Origin: Candidatus Levyibacteriota bacterium
GTDB taxonomy: Bacteria > Patescibacteriota > Microgenomatia > Levybacterales > GWA1-39-11
Length of the DNA: 64,000 nucleotides
Assembly: GCA_018062815.1 (NCBI GenBank)
Contig: JAGORM010000001.1
Coordinates: 160,774 to 224,773, forward strand
Reading direction: 5' to 3'
Shown here: piece after piece, positions 47,557-56,088 of the stretch
Position numbering within the stretch: position 1 is the first letter of the stretch
How the letters are laid out: each line of letters starts with the position of its first letter
Position numbers and translations under genes: made by a program
Notes under the pieces: generated by a model
Database searches by the model: none
What the model was told of the DNA's origin: nothing
What the model saw: only the letters and a program-made list of their open reading frames with translations

Positions 47557-48546
47557 CTACTTTCTTTGAATGACTTTTTTTACTGCAGATACAATATCAG
47601 GAGTATCCATATTGTATTTTTTTAATAGCTCATCAGGTTTTCCTGATTCACCAAAAACATCTTGAAGTCCTATTCTTTCAAGGGGTGTAGGGAGTTGTTC
47701 TGAAAATACCTCAGAGAGTAACCCACCCAAGCCGCCAGTTACTTGATGATCTTCAACTGATACGGCAGCTCGGGTTTTTTTGACAGATTCTATAACAAAC
47801 TTTGTGTCAAGAGGTTTTATGGATGCAATATTTAACACTTCCGTATTAATTCCCTCTTCCTCTAATTGTTTTGCAGCAAGAAGAGCATGGTAGAGCATGT
47901 ATCCGGTTGCAAATATAGTAGCTTGTGGATTTTCCCCTATCCAGTAAGCGTAGGCCTTACCTTCCTCAAATGGTGTCTCAGAAGTTGTTATTATAGGGGT
48001 CTTATCGCGCGTGAAACGTATATACACAGGTCCAATGACGCTTCCTGCAAGGATTGTAGCACGTTCACCCTCTAATGCGTCACAGGGCACTAAAACGCGG
48101 ATATTTGGCCATACACGGGTAATTGCTATGTCTTCAGTTGCCTGGTGTGTTGCTCCATCAGGTCCAGTCATTATGCCTGCGTGATGACCGGCTATTTTTG
48201 CATTGGCGTTATTGTACACAATAGTTGTTCTGATTTGCTCCCAGTTTCTTCCAGGTGAGAAAGTAGCATATGAGGAAATGAATGGAATTTTTCCGCTTAC
48301 GGCTAGTCCTGCAGCTATCGTTGCCATATTTTGTTCTGCTACTCCAACTTCAAAATAGCGACTACTATATTTTTTTGCAAATGCCTCTACTTTAGTTGAT
48401 TCCGTGAGATCTGCGCATAATGCGACTACGTTTGGATTTGTATCACCCAGTTTTATGAGTCCTGTCCCATATCCTGTGCGTGTTGCATCCTTTTCAACAT
48501 TTTCATCAAATAATTTTGGATTTAATTTTAAGACAGGATTTAACAT
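47557..48546 (-). CDS. Transketolase, C-terminal (pyrimidine-binding plus C-domain) subunit.
   Basis: Split transketolase. Pyr-binding domain (…GEDGPTHQ-like GPDGATHQ…). Confidence 0.85.
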   Translation of the reverse strand: MLNPVLKLNPKLFDENVEKDATRTGYGTGLIKLGDTNPNVVALCADLTESTKVEAFAKKYSSRYFEVGVAEQNMATIAAGLAVSGKIPFISSYATFSPGRNWEQIRTTIVYNNANAKIAGHHAGIMTGPDGATHQATEDIAITRVWPNIRVLVPCDALEGERATILAGSVIGPVYIRFTRDKTPIITTSETPFEEGKAYAYWIGENPQATIFATGYMLYHALLAAKQLEEEGINTEVLNIASIKPLDTKFVIESVKKTRAAVSVEDHQVTGGLGGLLSEVFSEQLPTPLERIGLQDVFGESGKPDELLKKYNMDTPDIVSAVKKVIQRK

Positions 48547-48559
48547 TTTAGTCGTTTTA

Positions 48560-49429
48560 TTAGGTTAATTTTACCTTTTCTTTCAGTTCTTGCAGTAAAG
48601 TATTCAACTCACCTACTGCTTTAGCCGCTTCTTCTTTATTGGGTGCTTTGCCATGCCATAGATAATCATTTTCCATAAATGATACGTTTTTACCTGGAAT
48701 TGTATGGGCTATTATACAGGTGGGTTTTCCACGAATCTTTTTGGCACCTTGAACTGCTTGGATAAATCCTTCTATGTCATGACCGTCTGTTTCATATACA
48801 TTCCAGTTGAAGGATTCGTATTTCAGTCGTAAAACTTCAAGAGGCACAATTTTTTCTGTCAACCCATCTATTTGAATCATATTTCTGTCAATTATGACAG
48901 TGAGGTTATCCAGTTCATATTTAGGCGCAAGCATTACTGCTTCCCATGTGTTGCCCTCTTGGTGTTCGCCGTCTGATGTAAGACAGTATACATGCCAATC
49001 TTTTTTATCCATTTTTGCAGCTAACGCCATACCTATTGCTTGCGATATTCCCTCTCCCAGTGGACCTGATGTGTTTTCTACTCCCGGAGTAACTCCTCTA
49101 TGAGGATGACCCTGGAGAGGGGAATTAATTTTTCGAAGTGTATCAAGCCAATCAAGTGGGAAATATCCTGCTTTTGCAAGTGAAGCGTATAGTACTGGAC
49201 ATATATGTCCATTTGACAGGACTAGTCTATCCCGATCTTCCCATTGTGGTTTTTTAGGATCTTTCTTTAAGATGTGAAAATACATGCATGTGAAGATATC
49301 AGACATTCCAAGTGATCCTCCCGGATGACCTGAGCCTGCTTTCTCAAGCATTTGTATAATCAGTATCTGAATCTCAGTTGAAATAATTCGTAAGTTATAA
49401 ATTTCTTGTTGTGTAGGAAGAGTGATCAT
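48560..49429 (-). CDS. Transketolase, N-terminal (TPP-binding) subunit.
   Basis: …GSGHPGGSLGMSDIF… plus the GDG…E TPP motif (SDGEHQEGN). Confidence 0.85.
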   Translation of the reverse strand: MITLPTQQEIYNLRIISTEIQILIIQMLEKAGSGHPGGSLGMSDIFTCMYFHILKKDPKKPQWEDRDRLVLSNGHICPVLYASLAKAGYFPLDWLDTLRKINSPLQGHPHRGVTPGVENTSGPLGEGISQAIGMALAAKMDKKDWHVYCLTSDGEHQEGNTWEAVMLAPKYELDNLTVIIDRNMIQIDGLTEKIVPLEVLRLKYESFNWNVYETDGHDIEGFIQAVQGAKKIRGKPTCIIAHTIPGKNVSFMENDYLWHGKAPNKEEAAKAVGELNTLLQELKEKVKLT

Positions 49430-49466
49430 ATTAAATATTGTTTAAGAATAAGTACAATAAGACATC

Positions 49467-50750
49467 TTAATACTTATATACGATAAATAAATCTGAAACG
49501 TTACTGGGTAGGCGTCCTGTTTCTATCCCATCTCCAATTTTTTCAAAAAAAGATAAACTATCGTTTTTTTGAAGAGTCGTATTGATATCTAACTGTAATT
49601 CTTCTGCACGTTCTTGGGTCGTGATATCTCCAATCGCTCCAGCAAATTTACTGTTATCCCAACCGTCTGAATCAAAAGAACACAAAATTGTATTATCTGG
49701 AATATCAGCAAGCGTACCCAAGACTACTTCTTGATTTCTTCCGCCCGTTCCTTCTCCCGTAACATGCACTGTGGTTTCTCCGCCTGCAAGTAGTATGCTT
49801 TTGGGTTTTGTAAGTTCAATAAGTGTTTTGCCTGCTGTTTTTGCTTCATGTTCAAACTTGTCGCTATAGATGTCTGCATCAATTTGAAATATATGTGCTT
49901 TGTCTTGCATGGCTGATAATGCGCTATTGTTTGAGAGCATTATGATATTTGTAACGTTTTGAAATATAGATTTATCCTTTGGGGTTTCAAGAAGCGCTTC
50001 TGTAACAAACGGTAAAATTTTTTGCAAATTATATCTCTCAATTATTGCTTTCGCGTCATTAACTGTTCCCTCGTCAAGCGTAGTGGGACCAGAAGCTATT
50101 ACTGATAAGTCGTTTCCTGGAACATCAGAAAAAATAAGACTTGCAACTCTGGACGGAAAAAGTGCTTTTGCGAGTCCTCCTCCTTTAACCTCGGATAAGT
50201 GCTTTCGGACAGTATTCATTTCAGATATTGTTGCGCCAGATTTGAGAAGTTCTTTGTTCACTTCTATTTTTTGATCAAGCGACATTTTATTTGGAGCCAC
50301 AAGCATTGCAGAGCCTCCCCCGCAGATAACTACAAGAACTAAATCACTTTCAGTTAGTTGAAGTGTTGCCAAGCGTTTTAGTAAGGCTTGTGTAAACGCA
50401 GCATTGATAGTAGAAGGAAGCGGATGGGATCCATTTGTGAAATGAATTTTTTTAAACTGTTCAGCGTTCGTATCTATTACATGTCCTTCTGTGAGTTTTT
50501 CGCCTAGTTTTTCTTCAATAATTTTTGCAATACCTGCAGAACCTTTTCCAAAGCCAATCAGAAAAACTCTTTGAAAGCGCGATAAATCAAATGATTGATC
50601 TGAAACAGTTAGAATGCTTTCTGCTAATTTAAAATTGTTGTTCATTACATGTTCAGGTTGGATAGATGTAAGCGCTGCTTCAACAAGCTCTAATACTACT
50701 TTTCTTTCTCTTGATGATGAAAGCGTGGATAGATTCTTAATAAAAGCCAT
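49467..50750 (-). CDS. MOFRL-family glycerate kinase (putative glycerate 2-kinase).
   Basis: …GFGKGSAGIA…, …VICGGGSAML… and a C-terminal …DSDGWDNS… arrangement typical of the MOFRL/GckA family. Confidence 0.5.
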   Translation of the reverse strand: MAFIKNLSTLSSSRERKVVLELVEAALTSIQPEHVMNNNFKLAESILTVSDQSFDLSRFQRVFLIGFGKGSAGIAKIIEEKLGEKLTEGHVIDTNAEQFKKIHFTNGSHPLPSTINAAFTQALLKRLATLQLTESDLVLVVICGGGSAMLVAPNKMSLDQKIEVNKELLKSGATISEMNTVRKHLSEVKGGGLAKALFPSRVASLIFSDVPGNDLSVIASGPTTLDEGTVNDAKAIIERYNLQKILPFVTEALLETPKDKSIFQNVTNIIMLSNNSALSAMQDKAHIFQIDADIYSDKFEHEAKTAGKTLIELTKPKSILLAGGETTVHVTGEGTGGRNQEVVLGTLADIPDNTILCSFDSDGWDNSKFAGAIGDITTQERAEELQLDINTTLQKNDSLSFFEKIGDGIETGRLPSNVSDLFIVYKY

Positions 50751-50805
50751 ATGTCTAGTATCTAGTATTTTTTATCTAGTATCAAGTACGTCTGGCGTTG
50801 ATTTG

Positions 50806-51606
50806 TTATTTTTTAGCTTTACCGTGTTTCCACTGAGTAGATTTTAGGAAGGTAGAATACACATCATCATCAATGTCTATGTTTAATGCTGATAGTTCCG
50901 CGTCAGTTGGATTGTTTTCTTGAAAAACAACAAACGGAATATCAGAAATCACGCTAAGCGGTGTTTGTTCTATCGTTTCTCCCATAAGTACAACTGCAGC
51001 CGAAGCAAGTCCGTCCATAATATTTACCTTTGTCATTTTAAACTCCCGGCCAAAAAGATCTTTTGTGCCAATGTGATCATTTACTGCCTGAAAACCACTG
51101 TGGGCTAGTCCGATTCCGGTTACTCCCCACCTAAGTGGAGTAGTCTTACTATCTGTGATAAGAACTCCTAGGTTTTTAATTTTGTGCTTGTCTTTTAAGT
51201 ATGTGCGGATTTTATTTGCACTTTCTTGTGCATTTTTTGGCCAGAATACAAAGTACCCATTTGTATTTGATTCATCAATCCCCGCTGTTGCGGCTAAGAT
51301 GTTATTCTTAATAGTAATATATACGCCATATTTATTTTCCTCTTTTGGAATATATAAATCTGCTTCTTGTGCTACCAATTCATCTTTTGTTGAGTCAGTT
51401 TCGGCAACCATATTTCCTTCACAGATTGCAATTATTTTTGAGGTTATAACAACAATAGAATTTTCCTCAAGTGAGGGTAAATACTGATCTAATATGGGTA
51501 AGATATCAGTATCTGCCCCGGTTATTTTGTGGGTTTTAAATGATTGAATGACCATGTGGCTAATTTTATCATAATTTTCTATGTATCCGACAAGAATACA
51601 AATCAT
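50806..51606 (-). CDS. CofE-like protein (F420-0:gamma-glutamyl ligase family homolog).
   Basis: …ITSKIIAICEG…, …ATAGIDESN…, …ITDSKTTPLRWGVTGIGLA… match CofE-family conserved blocks. Confidence 0.5.
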   Translation of the reverse strand: MICILVGYIENYDKISHMVIQSFKTHKITGADTDILPILDQYLPSLEENSIVVITSKIIAICEGNMVAETDSTKDELVAQEADLYIPKEENKYGVYITIKNNILAATAGIDESNTNGYFVFWPKNAQESANKIRTYLKDKHKIKNLGVLITDSKTTPLRWGVTGIGLAHSGFQAVNDHIGTKDLFGREFKMTKVNIMDGLASAAVVLMGETIEQTPLSVISDIPFVVFQENNPTDAELSALNIDIDDDVYSTFLKSTQWKHGKAKK

Positions 51607-51758
51607 TAGTTTTTATGACATGTTTGCAAAACAGATAGGTTTTTAGATATAATATGTGGTAGACACGATGGTGATGAGTAATTATGGTACGCACACACGC
51701 AATCATATCACCCTCTTTAAAGCTTATTTAAAAGCTTTTTCTTCGTGTAATTAAATTT

Positions 51759-52937
51759 ATGGCAGCGCAAAAAACACTAGACCAATTACGTCAGGAATAT
51801 ATTGAGAAGCTTGAGAAGGTTTCAGGTATTTCTAGGGATTCTGCAAGGAAAGAACTACTTGCCGAGGCAGAGCATGATTCCTCAGAACAGCTTGCTAAGA
51901 TAATTCGTGAGACAGAAGATCAAGCAAAACTCACCGCAAATCATAAGGTTCAAGAAATTTTAGTTGATGCCATGCGTCATGGTGCACTTAATTACATTGC
52001 TGAATATACAGTTTCAACCATAAGGGTAGAATCAGAAGATGTAAAAGGTAGGATAATTGGAAAAGAAGGAAGGAACATACGTTCATTTGAAAATGTTACA
52101 GGTGTAGATGTTGATTTAGATGAGGAAGGAATTATCAGGCTTTCCTCCTTTGATCCGGTTAGACGTGAAATAGCAAGACGTTCACTTGAGGTTTTAATTA
52201 AAGATACAAGGATTCAACCAGTAAGAATTGAGGAAGTTGTAACAGAGACAAAAAAAGAAGTAGATGCGATTTTGTTTGAAGAGGGAGAAAAGCTTGCTCA
52301 TGAAGTAGGAGTGTATAATCTTCAGCCTGACTTGTTGTCTATGTTGGGAAGGTTTAAATTCCGTACATCTTTTGGGCAAAATTTAGTGGTTCATACACTA
52401 GAGGAGACAAAAATTGGGATACAAATTGCATCAGAAATCGGAGCAAATGTTGATATAGTGCGTTTAGGATGTCTATTTCATGACATTGGAAAGATTGTAA
52501 ATGACAAAGAAGGCAGCCACGTAGCATTAGGAGTTGAGCTATTGCAAAAATACAAAATTTCAAAAGAAGTTATTAATTGCGTGGCAGAACACCATGAAGA
52601 TAAGCCATTTTCATCAGTAGAATCAGTTATTGTACATATTGCAGATTCTATTTCTGGTGCTAGGCCTGGCGCAAGACATGAGGATGTGCAGGACTATGTA
52701 AAGCGCATTCGTGACATGGAGGATATAGCAAAAAAGTTTGATGGAGTAGATGACGCTTATGCTTTTGAGGCAGGACGTGAGCTTAGAGTTATTATTAATC
52801 CAGGAAAACTAGATGACATTGAAACTACAATAATTGCAAAAAAAATTAAAGAAGAAATTGACAGTAAGTTAATTGTTCCTGGAGTAGTCAGAGTTACAGC
52901 TATTCGCGAGTTTCGCTCAACAGAACCAAAAGAATAA
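51759..52937 (+). CDS. rny: Ribonuclease Y (KH plus HD domains) lacking the usual N-terminal transmembrane helix.
   Basis: KH motif IIGKEGRNIR. HD motif LFHDIGK. C-terminal region typical of Rny. Confidence 0.8.
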   Translation: MAAQKTLDQLRQEYIEKLEKVSGISRDSARKELLAEAEHDSSEQLAKIIRETEDQAKLTANHKVQEILVDAMRHGALNYIAEYTVSTIRVESEDVKGRIIGKEGRNIRSFENVTGVDVDLDEEGIIRLSSFDPVRREIARRSLEVLIKDTRIQPVRIEEVVTETKKEVDAILFEEGEKLAHEVGVYNLQPDLLSMLGRFKFRTSFGQNLVVHTLEETKIGIQIASEIGANVDIVRLGCLFHDIGKIVNDKEGSHVALGVELLQKYKISKEVINCVAEHHEDKPFSSVESVIVHIADSISGARPGARHEDVQDYVKRIRDMEDIAKKFDGVDDAYAFEAGRELRVIINPGKLDDIETTIIAKKIKEEIDSKLIVPGVVRVTAIREFRSTEPKE

Positions 52938-52971
52938 TAATATCTCCTAGTATTTTCCCCCTTGAATTAAG

Positions 52972-53877
52972 TTGGAATTTGATCTATATATAATTATAGG
53001 CTATAATCCTTATATGCATGAGGTAAGACCTTCTACAAAGGCGTTAGGTTCGAGTTATTTTGCTGAATTTAGGCGAGGAGTCATGCACCCCAAAAAAAAT
53101 GAGGCCAGATCTCTTAATCTTCTAGCTCACTTCAAAGAACCACTATTGCCGGCGTCATTAGATCGATTTAATAAGCTGACTATTGAAGAGCAAAGAATAT
53201 ATATTGCTGCAATGGGTGGAGTTGAAAGAATGAAATCCATAAGAGAACAAGGTTTTCCTATCCCCAGAGACTTTAAGGAGACAAATCTTGATCATGTCCA
53301 AGATGCTTTAGGGATTGCACGCGAATACTATGAAAAGTTTCCCAGACTAAGTGAATTTATTGAATTTCCCGTTGTGCAAGACGATTTGATAGTGCATGAT
53401 ATTGCTGAGTCAAACATTGCGATAGATGATAGAACGCCTGTAAATAGAACTGCGCAAGATGAAAAAGCAAAAAGACTTGAACCGTATGCTGGGATAAGGT
53501 TTCTTCGAAGAATTTCTGATCCGGAACAGAGAGAGTATTGGAAGGATATTTATGTAAAACATAATTTAAAAGACCCAAATAATCTAAATGTTCAGATGGC
53601 AGTCTTTATTGATAAAGCTCAAGGAACAACAAGGGCTGCAGAAATTGCTTTTAATACACATAACGTATCGGACGAGGCGACTTTTATTAAAATGAGACTA
53701 CATTTATGGGAAACAATTCCTAGAATGATGGAGCCAGCAATGAACTTATTGATTGGATTGCCTACTCAAGAATCACGAGAAGATATGAGAAAAATAGTTA
53801 TGCATGAATTAGGATTCTTAGAAAGGTATGGACCAAAGGATATCGTAAGAACGATTAAAAAAGGATTTGCTGCATGA
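52972..53877 (+). CDS. HD-domain phosphohydrolase (YfbR-like 5'-deoxynucleotidase-type).
   Basis: H…HD…D pattern (…LDHVQDAL… / …LIVHDIAESNIAIDDRTP…). Start uncertain (alternative Met at 53014/53083). Confidence 0.45.
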   Translation: MEFDLYIIIGYNPYMHEVRPSTKALGSSYFAEFRRGVMHPKKNEARSLNLLAHFKEPLLPASLDRFNKLTIEEQRIYIAAMGGVERMKSIREQGFPIPRDFKETNLDHVQDALGIAREYYEKFPRLSEFIEFPVVQDDLIVHDIAESNIAIDDRTPVNRTAQDEKAKRLEPYAGIRFLRRISDPEQREYWKDIYVKHNLKDPNNLNVQMAVFIDKAQGTTRAAEIAFNTHNVSDEATFIKMRLHLWETIPRMMEPAMNLLIGLPTQESREDMRKIVMHELGFLERYGPKDIVRTIKKGFAA

Positions 53878-54410
53878 AAAAAAATAACTGGTTTGTTATA
53901 ACAGGCGGTCCTTCTTCTGGTAAGTCTACAACTATAAGACTTCTTTCTAGAAAAGGTTATGTTACTACACAGGAAATAGCAAGAGAGTTTATTGAATCTC
54001 AATTTAAATTAGGGTTAAGTATGACGGAGATAAGAAAAGATCAGCTTGGTTTTCAGATGCAAATTTTGGCATTGCAAATGAAATTAGAGGAGGGTTTAGC
54101 TTCAGGACAAATTACATTCCTAGATCGATCCATTCCTGATATTATGGCATACTTAATTTTCAGAACATGTCCCATCCCCGATGCTTATGTAAAAATATAT
54201 GAAGCATCCAAGCATAACTATAAAAAAGTTTTTATATTAGACAGCTTATCATTTGAAGAAGACCCTGTTAGGGTGGAAAACGCAAAAGAAGCAGAGGAAA
54301 TACGTTTGTTGCTTGAAAAAAGCTATAAAGACTTAGGAATAGATATTGTAAAAGTTCCTGTAATGGGAGAAGAGAAACGAGTAAGTTTTATACTTGAGCA
54401 CGTTAACTAA
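53874..54410 (+). CDS. AAA_28-type P-loop NTPase (putative nucleoside/nucleotide kinase).
   Basis: Walker A ITGGPSSGKSTT at the N-terminus. ~180 aa. Overlaps the HD gene stop (coupled). Confidence 0.45.
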   Translation: MKKNNWFVITGGPSSGKSTTIRLLSRKGYVTTQEIAREFIESQFKLGLSMTEIRKDQLGFQMQILALQMKLEEGLASGQITFLDRSIPDIMAYLIFRTCPIPDAYVKIYEASKHNYKKVFILDSLSFEEDPVRVENAKEAEEIRLLLEKSYKDLGIDIVKVPVMGEEKRVSFILEHVN

Positions 54411-54415
54411 ATAAC

Positions 54416-55159
54416 TTACCTTGTAAGTCTAGTTATATTTTCAGGAATTGTTGATAAATTTGGAGATAGACCATTTTTTCCCATCTTGCTATCAATTTCC
54501 TCTCTTGTTGAAAGAAAAATATTAAGCCCTAGATTAAGATACTTTTCAGGTATGTAGCTTTCTGATCCAGGGATAGTTGTAGCTACAGTTACCTTTAATG
54601 GTGATGGTTTTTCATCTGGTGCATGGAAGTCACCATTCCTCATTCCTTGCCATAGCAAAGGAAGTCCTTTTTCTCGTCCATCAAGCATAGCACCTGCAAA
54701 ATCATCTGCAGTACCGATAAAAACCTCATCTGGTTTATGAGTTAAAATTCTTCCCGTACACATTATGCATGGCTCAAGACTTGTGAATAGTTTTTTTTCT
54801 TCCATTTCATGTGGAGCTTGTCTTATTTTTAGAACCCTGTCCTTGTAGGTATCTTCTCCTCGAGCTAAGCTTTCTACTGCGTTTATTGTATCCTGTTCTG
54901 CATGAAGAACTGTATTTTTTCTGCTGAGTATTCCATTTCTTCCTCCTATCACATATTCAGTTCCATTTACCCTATAAACATATATAGCTCCAACTCCGTA
55001 ATTACCCTCTGAGTTTGCAATTAAAGCTTGTTCGTTTGCAAGAGCAAGGTATTCTTGTGCGGAATAGGACTTAGCTTCTTCTTTCATTTTTTCAGTTTCT
55101 TGACGGAAGCGTGAAATAGTTAAAGAAAAGTCAGATGTTAAAGGTATTTCATGTGTCAT
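54416..55159 (-). CDS. CDA-fold (cytidine/deoxycytidylate-type) nucleotide deaminase with N- and C-terminal extensions.
   Basis: Zinc motifs HAE … PCxxC (VLHAEQDTI … SLEPCIMCTGRIL). 247 aa, longer than TadA. Confidence 0.65.
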   Translation of the reverse strand: MTHEIPLTSDFSLTISRFRQETEKMKEEAKSYSAQEYLALANEQALIANSEGNYGVGAIYVYRVNGTEYVIGGRNGILSRKNTVLHAEQDTINAVESLARGEDTYKDRVLKIRQAPHEMEEKKLFTSLEPCIMCTGRILTHKPDEVFIGTADDFAGAMLDGREKGLPLLWQGMRNGDFHAPDEKPSPLKVTVATTIPGSESYIPEKYLNLGLNIFLSTREEIDSKMGKNGLSPNLSTIPENITRLTR

Positions 55160-55419
55160 AACATTTACTATAACATACTATCGGTTGTTAAACAAGAAAA
55201 ATAGAGTTCATACTTGACTTTGGTTTTTTAAGGTTGTACTGTTAAATCAATGCAATTTTATACTTTTGAATCTTCAAAAACTTCAATAAGTGCAATTCTT
55301 CATATCCAATCGACTTTTTCTACTAAAGTGAGGTTTTCATACAGCCTCCAGACGGGAGACTTAAACTTTTTCCATCATTACATTTCCATAAGAGGAAAAA
55401 AGATTGGGGGTGAAATCTG

Positions 55420-55698
55420 ATGTCTGTTACAAAAAAAGAGTTAATAGAAGTTGTTGCAAAAAAAGCAAACTTAACAAACAAAGCCTCAAAAGAAGCAATT
55501 CGAGTATTTTTAAATTCTATACGTGATTCTTTGAAACGGAATGAGAAGGTTGTTATTTCCGGTTTTGGTACATTTTCTCTAAGAACCAGAAAGCAAAAAA
55601 AAGGAAGAAACCCAAAAACTGGTGAACCTATGATGATTGCTGCTCGCCGTGCGCCGGGATTTACTCCTGGGAAAAGCCTTAAAAAGGCTGTAAGGTAA
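55420..55698 (+). CDS. hup: HU-family DNA-binding protein.
   Basis: …ISGFGTFSLRTRKQKKGRNPKTGEPMMIAARRAPGFTPGK… HU/IHF signature. Confidence 0.9.
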   Translation: MSVTKKELIEVVAKKANLTNKASKEAIRVFLNSIRDSLKRNEKVVISGFGTFSLRTRKQKKGRNPKTGEPMMIAARRAPGFTPGKSLKKAVR

Positions 55699-56072
55699 TT
55701 TGTTCTAGGAAACGAGTAAGCCAGATTCTGTTTTAGACTATATCTCTCTCGATTCGATATTAAGTCGAATACGGTAGCCTATTTAGGCTACTGCCTTCAA
55801 TCTTTGGCACTAAACAATGCGTTTAAACGTGCCGTTCGGAAGTTGCAGCAGGTAGGATTGCCCGTTTCACTCTCGCTCGTCTCTGTTGCTCTCAAATCTT
55901 GTCAGTTCAAGATTTGTTTTAAACCCGTAATGCGAGTAAAGGTTTAAACACTAGCTGTTACCAGTCGGAAGTTACCTTCCGTCCCCTGCATTGTTGCTGT
56001 CTGGACTTTCCTCTCCGATACCTATCTATTATAATAAGTCTCGGAGTAATAGTCCTGTTTCCTAGAACAGCC
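55699..56072 (-). ncRNA. rnpB: RNase P RNA (bacterial type A).
   Basis: The - strand carries P1 (GUUCUAGGAAAC … GUUUCCUAGAAC), P4 strands GAGAGGAAAGUCCAGAC and ACAGAAUCUGGCUUA, and GGUAAC, GUGAAACGGG and GCCUAAAUAGGC elements matching the universal RNase P RNA core. Confidence 0.9.
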
Positions 56073-56088
56073 TATATTATATCATATC

